DNA of 59,901 nt from Chitinophagales bacterium (lineage in GTDB: Bacteria > Bacteroidota > Bacteroidia > Chitinophagales > BACL12), in contig DAIMYJ010000001.1 in assembly GCA_036734545.1 (NCBI GenBank), forward strand, positions 8,875 to 68,775, read 5' to 3'. The notes under the pieces are model-generated. The model saw only the letters and a program-made list of their open reading frames with translations. It made no database searches and had not been told where the DNA came from. How positions within the stretch are numbered: the first letter of the stretch is position 1; every line of letters starts with the position of its first letter. Positions 35,447 to 44,556 of the stretch are shown here, one piece after another. The position numbers were made by a program, and so were the translations under genes.

Positions 35447-37717
35447 ATGAAATGGAACATCTGGAAATGGATCGCACGGATCCCGCCCCGGGCGGCCCTC
35501 GCGGCCAGCCTGCTGCTGCTTATACCGGCGGTATGGTGCACACTGCAGCTGCGGTTCTCTTACGACTATGCCGATTTCTTTCCCGACCGCGACCCTGACC
35601 TCGAGTTCTACCAGGCGTTCAGAGAGCGTTTCGAGCCTGACGATAACTTCCTGCTGATCGGGATGCAGCCCGAACACGGGGTGTTCGAGCAGCGGTTCCT
35701 GGTGGCGCTCGACAGCGCTACCCGCGGGACAGGGCGTATACCGGGTGTGGAGCGGGCACTCTCCATCAGCAATTTCCGGTATGCGGTGGTATCACCTTTC
35801 GGTATACTCGACTACCCCGCTGTGCATCCGGAGGATACTGCCAGGTATGCGTCAGACAGCGCCCGCCTTTTTGCCGATGAGCGGATCCTGGGGAAGCTGA
35901 TCAGTGAGGACGGCCGGACCGCCGTGATCCTGCTCAAGACCGCAGATACGCTGGATCAGCAGGATGCGCTGCCCCTCATTCAGGGGGTGCGGGACGTTAT
36001 GGCACAGGCCGGGCTGCATGACCATCACCTGCTGGGCAAAGCTTATTTTGAGACCGAACTCATCCGCATCCAGCGCAGGGAGTTCCTGCTGTATGCCTGT
36101 TTAAGTGTGGTGCTGGTATGCTTGGTCACACTGTTGATGTTCCGCAAGGTGTGGGTGGTGGTATTGTCGGCACTCACCGTAGGCCTTTCCCTGTTGTTAT
36201 TCACCGGTATCCTCGGCGCCCTTGGCATAGAACAGAATGTGATGAGCACCCTCTACCCGATCGTGATCATCATCATCGGCATTTCAGATGCCGTGCATTT
36301 CATTGGTAAGTATCTGGTGGAGCTGCGCAGGAATGCTAACCGAAAAATTGCACTTTTCCGCACCCTCTCCGACATCGGCTTTGCCACCTTCCTCACCGCC
36401 ATCACCTCTGCCATAGGCTTTCTGACCATGCTCACGTCCAATGTGCCGCCCATCCGCAATTTCGGATTGTATTCGGCGCTCGGTGTGCTGGTGGTGTATG
36501 CCGTGGTGGTATTTCTCATCAGCCCCATGCTCACCTTTTTCCGCCCTGATCAGATAGATGCACATACCGATGGTGAAAGTGCAGGCTGGAATAACTTTCT
36601 GCAGCGCATCTATCAGATCGGCAAACAACGGCAGCGCAGGGTCATTTTGATCACGTCGGTCGTGTTAGGCATTTTTATATATGGCGTAACGCAGATCAGC
36701 ACCAACATCCATATCGGTCAGGGACTGCCGCGCGGTGAAAAGATCACCGAGGACTTCGTTTTTTTTGAACGGCACTTCAATGGTTTCCGTCCGTTCGAGA
36801 TCGCTGCTGAGGCACAGGGTGAGCATCGCATCGACGAGCCGGCGGTGTTGCGGGAGATAGAGAAGGTGGAGCAAAAGGCAATTACCTATCCGATGGTGAA
36901 CGGGTTGCAGAGCATCACCATGATGTATAAAAGCATGCACCGCGCGCATCACGGCGACCAGGTGGCATTTTATGCGCTACCGGCATCTGATTCTGTGCTG
37001 TTGAACTACAATCGCCTGCTCAAAAAATTCGCTGTGCGGGAAATGAACACGCTCATCACGAGTGACCATAAAGCAGGACGCATCAGCGGATTTATCAGTG
37101 ATGTGGGCACTGACAGCATACGCGCGATGCAGGAAGACCTGCAGGCATTCATTGCTGCCGAAACGGATCCTGAACTGGTTCGATTTACCGCTACGGGCAC
37201 CGGGGTGATCTTTGACAAGAACACTACCTATTTGCGACAGAACATTATCAGCGGTGTATTGCTGGCCTTTTTGTGTATCGGGTTGGTGATGGCGTATCTG
37301 TTCCGCGACTGGAAGATGGTGATCATCAGCATCATTCCGAACGTGATACCGCTGGTTGTTTGTGCGGGTATCATGGGTTGGCTGAACATCGAACTGGATG
37401 CGCCCACTTCGATCATTTTTGGCATCAGTTACGGTATTGCGGTGGATGACACGATCCATTTCCTGTCGAAGTTCAATATCGAAAGGCAAAAGGGGTATGA
37501 CGTGGAGATGGCGTTGCAGAATACGTTTGCGGAGACGGGACGCGCGGTCTTCACTATGTCGGTGATCCTGTTCTTCGGCTTCATGATCCTGCTGCTCTCC
37601 CCTACTGCTGCCACCTTCAATATCGGGCTGCTCACCGGCATCACCCTGTTTTCAGCGGTTTGGCCGGATGTGTTCCTACTGCCCGTACTGCTCAGGAAAT
37701 GGGCGCGGCGCGGTTGA
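35447..37717 (+). CDS. MMPL/RND-superfamily exporter
   Basis: 756 aa with two hydrophobic ~6-TM bundles separated by soluble loops. Sterol-sensing/RND-like blocks (IIIGISDAVHFIGKY, GISYGIAVDDTIHFLSKF). Confidence 0.8.
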   Translation: MKWNIWKWIARIPPRAALAASLLLLIPAVWCTLQLRFSYDYADFFPDRDPDLEFYQAFRERFEPDDNFLLIGMQPEHGVFEQRFLVALDSATRGTGRIPGVERALSISNFRYAVVSPFGILDYPAVHPEDTARYASDSARLFADERILGKLISEDGRTAVILLKTADTLDQQDALPLIQGVRDVMAQAGLHDHHLLGKAYFETELIRIQRREFLLYACLSVVLVCLVTLLMFRKVWVVVLSALTVGLSLLLFTGILGALGIEQNVMSTLYPIVIIIIGISDAVHFIGKYLVELRRNANRKIALFRTLSDIGFATFLTAITSAIGFLTMLTSNVPPIRNFGLYSALGVLVVYAVVVFLISPMLTFFRPDQIDAHTDGESAGWNNFLQRIYQIGKQRQRRVILITSVVLGIFIYGVTQISTNIHIGQGLPRGEKITEDFVFFERHFNGFRPFEIAAEAQGEHRIDEPAVLREIEKVEQKAITYPMVNGLQSITMMYKSMHRAHHGDQVAFYALPASDSVLLNYNRLLKKFAVREMNTLITSDHKAGRISGFISDVGTDSIRAMQEDLQAFIAAETDPELVRFTATGTGVIFDKNTTYLRQNIISGVLLAFLCIGLVMAYLFRDWKMVIISIIPNVIPLVVCAGIMGWLNIELDAPTSIIFGISYGIAVDDTIHFLSKFNIERQKGYDVEMALQNTFAETGRAVFTMSVILFFGFMILLLSPTAATFNIGLLTGITLFSAVWPDVFLLPVLLRKWARRG

Positions 37718-37792
37718 TCCGCCGGTGAGTCACAAGTTTCCATCGATTGAAACATAAAATTCCCATTCAGTCATTAATTTTAACCTGTGAAC

Positions 37793-38740
37793 ATGAAGAT
37801 TGTGACAGGCAAAAAGCAGGCAATTCAACTCACCGGGGCATGCATGATCAGTGTATTGCTGATGACCGGCTGCACCAAGGATGTTCGCACCTTCCGCGAC
37901 ATACATTTCATTTATACGACCGATACGACACAAGAGCGGCTCGACAATCTGGGCAACCCTGCTGATGTGCCGGCGGGGCATGCGGTGCAGTCGCCAGACA
38001 TGCAGCTCATGAGCATCCATTACATCGAAGTTTCGGCCGATGCCTCCACCCTGTTCAAGCAAGGCGCGTTGTTGTATCAGGCGCCCGAAACAGAGGCCGG
38101 TGGTGATAAAGCCATTGATTTCGACCAAAGTAACCGCACGGCACCTGGTGAGGAGTTCCTGCAGGTGAACCTGGAGCGATTGCCAGCCGGCACCTATTCC
38201 TACATACGCGCCTCCGTGGCCTATCAGCAGTATTCCGTGCTGTTCGACGTGCACAATATCCCGGGTATCGGGACACTTGAGGATCAGAGCGGCGTGCTCG
38301 CCTCGTTCGTGGGATATCGCACCTACATTACCGACCTTTCAATACAAAACCTTACCACCCCCATCAATGCCAACAAGGTGCAGGGATTTTGGGGGTTTGA
38401 GACACTTTTCACGGATGATCTCGAGGGCTTTAACGCCATATACACCGGGCAATCGCCGGCGGGCGCCACGACGGTAGTGAATCCGATAGATGCAACCTCA
38501 CCGGTACCGGAAGGCTCTTGTGTAGTAACGGGTGCATTCGCTGAACCGCTGGTGGTCACCGGAGAGGAGACAGGAGAGCTTTCGATCACCCTGCATTTCA
38601 GTACCAACGGCAGTTTTGAATGGATAGACACCGACGGCGACGGGGTATGGGATGTAGACGCTCTGGATCCCGGGCAGACCGAACAAGTGATAGACATGGG
38701 ATTGCGCGGTATGATAGCCACCTGGGAATGGTTGGAATAA
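37793..38740 (+). CDS. Hypothetical lipoprotein with a C-terminal DxDxDG calcium-binding-like loop
   Basis: Lipobox LLMTGC after a hydrophobic stretch. WIDTDGDGVWDVD near the C-terminus. No family recognised. The ATG at 37793 is preferred over the GTG at 37787. Confidence 0.7.
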   Translation: MKIVTGKKQAIQLTGACMISVLLMTGCTKDVRTFRDIHFIYTTDTTQERLDNLGNPADVPAGHAVQSPDMQLMSIHYIEVSADASTLFKQGALLYQAPETEAGGDKAIDFDQSNRTAPGEEFLQVNLERLPAGTYSYIRASVAYQQYSVLFDVHNIPGIGTLEDQSGVLASFVGYRTYITDLSIQNLTTPINANKVQGFWGFETLFTDDLEGFNAIYTGQSPAGATTVVNPIDATSPVPEGSCVVTGAFAEPLVVTGEETGELSITLHFSTNGSFEWIDTDGDGVWDVDALDPGQTEQVIDMGLRGMIATWEWLE

Positions 38741-38892
38741 TGAAAGAATTACACATAGGAATAATTATTCACTTTCAAATAATCTTTTATCTTAGCCCCA
38801 CGATGCCACGCACACGACCGAACAGCCACGGAAGCATCGAACCTATCACACACACCTCGAAACAACATTTGGTAATTCATAAACTCTAAAGA

Positions 38893-40419
38893 ATGAACAG
38901 ACGCTCATTTTTACGCAACACGCTCGCGGGAACCACAGCTATTGCCGTTACACCTACTGCCTTTTTAGCCAGTTGTGATGGCGGCGGCCAGGAGATCCTT
39001 GATGATGTGCTTTTTGGCGAGGTAGGCGGTATAACTGTTCCGGCTCCTCCATTCACGAATGATTATGCATCACTCGACTCGTTGCCGGCCAACGGTGCCT
39101 TCATTACGGCCAACAAGAATTTCGCCATTTTCCTCGGAACGACCGGCACTTTCTGTTACGGTTATTCTAATACCATTTGGGGCCCTACCCTCACAGCTAA
39201 CAGCGGCGAAAGTGTTACACTGACCGTTGAGGCTGATCTGGCGAAGGACACCAACGTGCATTTTCATGGCCTGAAACTGAACGCCGATGAACATGACGGT
39301 GTAGAAGATGTACTCACCAACGGTTCCAGCAAGACCTATTCATTTACGGTGAACAACCGTGCAGGTATGTACTGGTACCATCCACAGATCAAGAAAGTTA
39401 CCGGAGAACAGATAGGCGGTGGTTTGGGTGGTTTATTCGTTGTTTCCGACAGCGAGGAGTCAGCACTGAATCTTCCTGCAGGAAACCTCAGAAGCACGAC
39501 CATCTCTATCCAGGACAAGCGTTTCAATGAAGACGGCATGATGTTCTACAGCCCGAACACGGCTGAAAAACTTACCGGATATTTTGGTGAGACCGTATTG
39601 GTGAATGGTGTAAGCGGACCGGTAAAGAACGTAAGTTCACGTATCCACCGTTTGCGTATCATCAACGGCAGCACTGCCCGTATTTACAACCTCGCACTCG
39701 ATGTGATCGACGGTGACGGCATCGGATTTAATGTGATCGGCGGCGATGGTGGTTTGTTGAATTCTCTCGGCGGCGCTATCAATCAGATCCTGCTCGCTCC
39801 GGGTGAGCGCGTGGATACGCTGGTGGATTTCTCCGGACTGCCACTCGACACTGAGATCATGCTGGCCAGCAAGCAGTTCAATGATGCCGGTCAGTATCAG
39901 GGTTCTACCGGTTTCGATATCCTGAAATTTGTGATCTCTCAGGAAGAAGATGAAACCTATACATTACCTGATGATCTTTCTGATATCACTACACTCACTG
40001 AGGGTGATGTGACCGGAGAGACACGCACTTTTGATGTGAAGAATGATATTTCAAAAGAAGAGGCTACCAACAATACGGATAGCATGCACACCATCAACGG
40101 TGACACTTACAAGCCCGGTGAAGTTGCCTTTACGGTGAACACAGGTGCAGTTGAAAAGTGGGTCATCGACAATTCAGGTGGCAGCGAGCCTCGTGTAATG
40201 CATATTTATGGTGTTCAGTTCCAGGTATTCTCCCGTGAAGGTGGCCGCGGCAACGTAAGGCAATGGGAGCGCGGCTGGAAGGATACCATCTGTGTATTAC
40301 CGGAAGAAAAGGTAACCCTGATCATTCCTTTCAATAATGCGCCGGGCATTTATCACATGACCTCCACTAACCAGGAACATGCTGATACAGGCCTGATGAA
40401 TACATTTGAGATCGTGTGA
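38893..40419 (+). CDS. Tat-exported lipoprotein with a multicopper-oxidase (three-cupredoxin) fold but degenerate copper ligands (FtsP/SufI-like?)
   Basis: Twin-arginine signal MNRRSFLRN...AFLASC (also a lipobox). MCO motif 1 is intact (VHFHGL). Motif 2 is WYHPQ instead of WxHPH. Motif 3 is RVMHIYG instead of HPxHxHG. Motif 4 is YHMTSTNQEHADTGLM instead of HCHxxxHxxxGM. Confidence 0.75.
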   Translation: MNRRSFLRNTLAGTTAIAVTPTAFLASCDGGGQEILDDVLFGEVGGITVPAPPFTNDYASLDSLPANGAFITANKNFAIFLGTTGTFCYGYSNTIWGPTLTANSGESVTLTVEADLAKDTNVHFHGLKLNADEHDGVEDVLTNGSSKTYSFTVNNRAGMYWYHPQIKKVTGEQIGGGLGGLFVVSDSEESALNLPAGNLRSTTISIQDKRFNEDGMMFYSPNTAEKLTGYFGETVLVNGVSGPVKNVSSRIHRLRIINGSTARIYNLALDVIDGDGIGFNVIGGDGGLLNSLGGAINQILLAPGERVDTLVDFSGLPLDTEIMLASKQFNDAGQYQGSTGFDILKFVISQEEDETYTLPDDLSDITTLTEGDVTGETRTFDVKNDISKEEATNNTDSMHTINGDTYKPGEVAFTVNTGAVEKWVIDNSGGSEPRVMHIYGVQFQVFSREGGRGNVRQWERGWKDTICVLPEEKVTLIIPFNNAPGIYHMTSTNQEHADTGLMNTFEIV

Positions 40420-40445
40420 TCCTGTCATGATTGTATGTATCTCAG

Positions 40446-40470
40446 AAAACCCTCGTAAGAGGGTTTTTTT
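40446..40470 (+). terminator. Rho-independent terminator after the MCO-like gene
   Basis: 9-bp stem (aaaaccctc 40446-54 / gagggtttt 40459-67), loop gtaa, then a T-run extending to 40470. Confidence 0.85.
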
Positions 40471-40656
40471 ATTTTATATACCCCGCTTATCCACAATTCA
40501 GGTTGACCGTTCGATAAAAAAAGAGTATCTTACGGGTACAAACCCTGATTTATGCTGGCAAAACAACTGTCCCCCCAACTCCGGCCGATACTGGTTCCCT
40601 GTGCCCTGTATGTGGCCAACCTGACCCTGAAATCCCAGACACAAGGCAGTGCAAGC

Positions 40657-40749
40657 ATGACACCGTTCTACATTGTCACGATCGTATTTACCGTGCTGAT
40701 CGTAGCTGCAGTTATCTCTTTCTTCATTTCTAAAAAGAAAAAGAACTGA
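40657..40749 (+). CDS. Possible 30-aa single-TM micropeptide upstream of capA-like gene
   Basis: ATG at 40657: MTPFYIVTIVFTVLIVAAVISFFISKKKKN, a hydrophobic helix with a Lys-rich tail. It ends 19 nt before the next gene. Support is compositional only. Confidence 0.3.
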   Translation: MTPFYIVTIVFTVLIVAAVISFFISKKKKN

Positions 40750-40768
40750 ATAGCCGATCTTTGTGACC

Positions 40769-41926
40769 ATGTCATTGTTCTCTCTGGCCTCCTGCCTGAT
40801 GGCCCTGGCAGGATCTCTGACCGCATGTCAACCGGCAGAACCTCAGGCCACCGTCTCCGGTCAGTCGGCAACACCCCCGGATACAGCTATATTCTTCACC
40901 ATCGCTTCCGTTGGCGACCTGATGTGCCACAGCACCCAATTCAACTATGCGCGCATAGAAGGCGACAGTTTCGATTTTGACCCTGCCTACGCTTATGTAA
41001 GGGATTATCTCACAGAGGCCGATCTGCTGCTCGGTAATCTGGAAACGACGCTGGCAGGGCCCGGGAAGCCCTATAGCGGCTATCCGCAATTCAACACACC
41101 GGATGCCTATGCCACGGCACTGCGCAATGCCGGTTTCGACTGCATAGTAACCGCCAACAACCATAGCAATGACACCGGCGAAAAGGGTATCCTCCGCACC
41201 ATTGATGTGCTGGACTCGCTGGGATTGCCGCATACCGGCACCTATTCTTCTGAGCAGGACCGAGATTCGGTGCGCATCCTGGAGGTACAGGGCGTCCGTA
41301 TCGGGATCATTGCCTACTCCTACTCTACCAACGGACTGCCGCTTACAGAAGGTAAACCCTGGCTGGTGAACCTCTGCGACACTGCGCTGATCGCGAGGGA
41401 CATGCAGCGCGGACGGCAGTTGGGAGCAGAACTCATGATCGTTTTCTACCATTTTGGCGATGAATACCAGCGCCTGCCCAATACCTATCAGAAAGGCCTT
41501 GTGCAGTTTGCCATTGACAGGGGTGCCGATATCGTGCTGGGGAGCCATCCCCACGTGCTGCAGCCAACGGCCTTCTATCCGGGCAAAGGATCTACGGTGG
41601 ACAGCGTTTTTGTTGCGTGGTCGATGGGTAATTTTATCAGCAATCAGCAGGATGAGTATACCGATGAGGGTGTGATCGTTCGTTTACGCATGATGAAGGA
41701 CCTGCGCACGGGAAAGATCAATGTAGTGGGAACTGATCATGTACCCACCTGGGTATACAAAGGAAAGCTGCCAGACCGCAAGCAGCACACAGTTTTTCCG
41801 GTAACCGACACCACTTTTTCGAACATCCCGGCGTTCATACTGGACAGCTACCGGTCGGAGCTGGATAAAGCCCTGCGGCACAGCACTGACATTTTATACC
41901 GCCCGGTGCCCTTAACTGAAAATTAG
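40769..41926 (+). CDS. CapA-family (PGA_cap) metallophosphatase-like lipoprotein
   Basis: Lipoprotein-like signal MSLFSLASCLMALAGSLTAC. Motifs SVGDLMCH, TANNHSND and GSHPHVLQP are typical of the CapA family. Confidence 0.8.
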   Translation: MSLFSLASCLMALAGSLTACQPAEPQATVSGQSATPPDTAIFFTIASVGDLMCHSTQFNYARIEGDSFDFDPAYAYVRDYLTEADLLLGNLETTLAGPGKPYSGYPQFNTPDAYATALRNAGFDCIVTANNHSNDTGEKGILRTIDVLDSLGLPHTGTYSSEQDRDSVRILEVQGVRIGIIAYSYSTNGLPLTEGKPWLVNLCDTALIARDMQRGRQLGAELMIVFYHFGDEYQRLPNTYQKGLVQFAIDRGADIVLGSHPHVLQPTAFYPGKGSTVDSVFVAWSMGNFISNQQDEYTDEGVIVRLRMMKDLRTGKINVVGTDHVPTWVYKGKLPDRKQHTVFPVTDTTFSNIPAFILDSYRSELDKALRHSTDILYRPVPLTEN

Positions 41927-41952
41927 CACGAGGTTTGCCTGAGATACCATAT

Positions 41953-42501
41953 ATGCGCACATTGTTATTCACGCTGTTGTTCTGCCTGACGCTCCCACAG
42001 GTGCATGCCCAGATCGGCGACCCGTTCAAAGGGGAGGACATGGATACCATCTATTTTGTGGAGCTGGACTCATTTACGATTTCAGCTCGCCCCATGAAGA
42101 ATTATAACTACTCACGGTACGAGGCTATCGTGAAAAAGGTATACCCTTTTGCCGATACGGCAGTGCAGACCATCAAGGCCCTGGAGGCTATGGAATTCAG
42201 TGCCCGGCGGGATGAAAAGCAGTATAAGAAGCAACTGGAAGATGCACTGCGCACCAGCTTTGAGGAAAAGCTGCGCAATCTGTCACGAACCCAGGGCGAT
42301 GTGCTCATCGACATCATCGAGCGCAACACCGGCAGAACGATGTACGACATCCTGAAGGACGTAAAGAGCGGCAGTACAGCCTTTTGGTGGAATAGCCTGG
42401 GCAAGGCTTACGGCTACGATCTCAAGGAAGGTTACAAGGCCGAGAACAACCCCACGCTGGAGCAGATCATAGTCGATTACGAAAAACGCTATAAACGCTG
42501 A
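41953..42501 (+). CDS. Secreted hypothetical protein (DUF4294-like, tentative)
   Basis: The ATG at 41953 gives the signal peptide MRTLLFTLLFCLTLPQVHAQ. The family name is from memory of similar Bacteroidota proteins (YSRYEAIVKKVYPFAD) and is unverified. Confidence 0.6.
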   Translation: MRTLLFTLLFCLTLPQVHAQIGDPFKGEDMDTIYFVELDSFTISARPMKNYNYSRYEAIVKKVYPFADTAVQTIKALEAMEFSARRDEKQYKKQLEDALRTSFEEKLRNLSRTQGDVLIDIIERNTGRTMYDILKDVKSGSTAFWWNSLGKAYGYDLKEGYKAENNPTLEQIIVDYEKRYKR

Positions 42502-42521
42502 CCCTCAGAGGCCGGTAAAAG

Positions 42522-42554
42522 AAAAAGGCTGTCCGTTCGGGACAGCCTTTTTTT
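42522..42554. terminator. Bidirectional terminator between convergent genes
   Basis: Stem ggctgtcc (42527-34) / ggacagcc (42540-47), extended by flanking A5/T5 pairing. T-run runs to 42554 with an A-run upstream. Confidence 0.8.
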
Positions 42555-42571
42555 ATTCAATGCGATATGGA

Positions 42572-42940
42572 TCACTCAGCGGGCTGAGCAGATTCTTCTA
42601 CAGGTTGTTCTTCTGTGGGTTGCTCTTCGGTAGGCAGTGACTGAGCCGGAGCGCCGGTATTGAGCGGCTGAACGGCTTCTGGAACGAGACCGCCGGTGTT
42701 AGAAACCGTTTCCGTAGGCTTCAGTGCGGCAGCGCTCAGGCAGAGAGCAAAAACCACAATTACGAGACCCCAGGTGATCTTCTCGATGTCGTCAGTGGTA
42801 CGCTTGTAACCAAAGATCTGGTTAGCAGCACCGCCGAAGGTTCCGGAGAGACCGCCGCCTTTGGGGTTTTGGATGAGCACTACCAATCCCAGCAGCACGG
42901 CTGCGATGATGGCGATAATGATTATGATAGTAAACAACAT
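42572..42940 (-). CDS. secG: Preprotein translocase subunit SecG
   Basis: MLFTIIIIIAIIAAVLLGLVVLIQNPKGGGLSGTFGG is a typical SecG N-terminus. A second TM follows, then a P/E/Q-rich tail. Confidence 0.85.
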   Translation of the reverse strand: MLFTIIIIIAIIAAVLLGLVVLIQNPKGGGLSGTFGGAANQIFGYKRTTDDIEKITWGLVIVVFALCLSAAALKPTETVSNTGGLVPEAVQPLNTGAPAQSLPTEEQPTEEQPVEESAQPAE

Positions 42941-42943
42941 ATT

Positions 42944-44044
42944 CTACTTCGTCTTTTTTCTGATCTGTTCAATTAAGGCTGCAAAGTAATCGCTTTTTTG
43001 GGGTTTAAGCAAGCTTAATTGCGTATACATCTCTATGGCCTTGGCGTATTTACCCTGCATAACAAGGATCCGCGCGTAGGTTTCGCTGATGATACCGGTA
43101 TCCATCTGAATACTTTTCCGGGCCAGATCGGCCGCCACCTGTTCGTTCATCAGGCGGTCGCGGGTGCCTTCGGCCATGTCTTCGCCCGGCGCCGGCTTCC
43201 TGCGCAGATACACGCGCACAGGAGCGTGGGCATCCTTAGGTTCCACTACCCTGCCCGTTCCCTTTCCGCTCAGGCGGAAGAGCCAGCCGCCAAAAGTGTC
43301 GGTCTGCACTTCCGTGTTCGTTTCGGCAGCCATTTCCGGGGTAATGGGCGGCAGGGTGAATTTCTCGGCATCTTCGAGGACACCGAGTTCGCGTTCGATA
43401 TCGTAAGCCGGACGGTCGAACAGCAGGTCCCTGTCAAAGTCGGGCTGCTCATCCGGCATATGGATGATTGTTTGGGTTTCGGGGGATTCCTTGTCCGCTT
43501 CGGCTGCATGTTCCAGCGTTTCAGCCAGATTCTCCTCTTCGAGGAGTGCCTCGGCCTCTGCGATCTCCTCCAGTGGTGCAAAAACGGGGATCTCTTCAGG
43601 CTGCGGATCGGGAGGTGTGATCTCGGGGATGCTTTCGATCATCTCCTGCACGATGGCCTCTTCCTCCTGCTCCAGCACCACCTCCGGTTCCGGTATGGCA
43701 GGCATTTCCGGCGCCACCGGTATCTCCGGCTGCACCTCGGCCACCGGCTCCTCTTCGAGCACGAGGCGTTCCGAGCTGTCCTTTACGGCGTCCCCGGCCA
43801 TGGCCAGTTCTGCGGACTGATGTATCACATGAAAGAGCTGCTCGCGGTCGTAGGCCATGACGGCAGCCTGTTTGAGTTGTTGTTCGAAGAGCGGACTGCC
43901 CGTAAGGTGCATTTTGCGCGCCAGCAGGATGTGTATGGCCTGACAATAGGGATAGCGCTCGGCTATGACCTTCATATCCGACAAAGGCACATCACCCAAC
44001 TGAATGGGATCCTGGATCATCTTATGGAACTCTTCCGCGAACAT
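42944..44044 (-). CDS. Hypothetical protein with an E/P-rich low-complexity core and a C-terminal TPR-like helix pair
   Basis: 366 aa. Its start overlaps the lptE-like stop (TAATG). It contains a PEIPVAPEMPAIPEPEV-type acidic region and the C-terminus YARILVMQGKYAKAIEMYTQLSLLKPQKSDYF. Confidence 0.65.
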   Translation of the reverse strand: MFAEEFHKMIQDPIQLGDVPLSDMKVIAERYPYCQAIHILLARKMHLTGSPLFEQQLKQAAVMAYDREQLFHVIHQSAELAMAGDAVKDSSERLVLEEEPVAEVQPEIPVAPEMPAIPEPEVVLEQEEEAIVQEMIESIPEITPPDPQPEEIPVFAPLEEIAEAEALLEEENLAETLEHAAEADKESPETQTIIHMPDEQPDFDRDLLFDRPAYDIERELGVLEDAEKFTLPPITPEMAAETNTEVQTDTFGGWLFRLSGKGTGRVVEPKDAHAPVRVYLRRKPAPGEDMAEGTRDRLMNEQVAADLARKSIQMDTGIISETYARILVMQGKYAKAIEMYTQLSLLKPQKSDYFAALIEQIRKKTK

Positions 44045-44556
44045 TACCAGTTTTGCGTCAGTTTCTGCAGAATATCATCTGCGATCTGGGTCGACAAACG
44101 CGGAATGAGATCCGCCTCTGCCTGGTTCAAAGTTAAGCTGCTTTCGTAATCTTCAAAACGCATAAAATTCTGCGTCCAGTTCTCAGCTTCATTCTTACGT
44201 GATATAAAGTCGACTTTTATCGTGATAGTCAATCTGTTAAGCGCTGTAGTCTCTGTGCCTGTGGGGGCAATCGGCGTGCTTTCATACCGCACGATCGCAC
44301 CGCTCAGCTCCCAGTCGCCCCCCTGCGGGATCACGTCGAGGTTGGATTCCTGAAGGAATTTGTCCTTGAGCGCTTCGGTGAAGGTCTGGCTCAGGGCGGG
44401 GGCCACCAATGCCGACTGATTGGGGAAATACTGGACGGTGATGGAGCGTACATCCGGCGGCACCTGTTGTCCGCTGAGCGACACCTTACAGGTAGCTCCG
44501 GTAAGCAGGCCGATAGCCAGCAGGGCCATGGTGAAAAGGGATACCGTTCTATTCAT
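44044..44556 (-). CDS. lptE: LptE-like LPS-assembly lipoprotein
   Basis: The ATG at 44556 gives MNRTVSLFTMALLAIGLLTGATC (lipobox). The blocks VQYFPNQSALVAPALSQTFTEALKDKF and NRLTITIKVDF resemble Bacteroidota LptE-family proteins. The longer track ORF overlaps the regulator and is rejected. Confidence 0.65.
   Translation of the reverse strand: MNRTVSLFTMALLAIGLLTGATCKVSLSGQQVPPDVRSITVQYFPNQSALVAPALSQTFTEALKDKFLQESNLDVIPQGGDWELSGAIVRYESTPIAPTGTETTALNRLTITIKVDFISRKNEAENWTQNFMRFEDYESSLTLNQAEADLIPRLSTQIADDILQKLTQNW

Noticed and set aside
35369-35677. 102-aa minus-strand ORF and 62-aa plus-strand ORF spanning the MMPL start region
   Set aside because: They overlap the well-supported MMPL 5' end. 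Their Arg/Pro/Gly-rich products are typical of off-frame translation.
40772-41554. 260-aa minus-strand ORF antisense to the CapA-family gene. Similar shadows lie at 44711-45523, 46351-47202 and 49820-50596.
   Set aside because: All are shadow ORFs opposite genes with clear family motifs (CapA, sigma-54 activator, MiaB, LepB), and none has a recognisable domain.
43019-44149. 376-aa + strand ORF antisense to the E/P-rich protein and lptE-like genes
   Set aside because: It lies opposite a tightly coupled minus-strand operon and translates the complement of an acidic low-complexity region into L/R/F-rich sequence. There is no independent start context or terminator.
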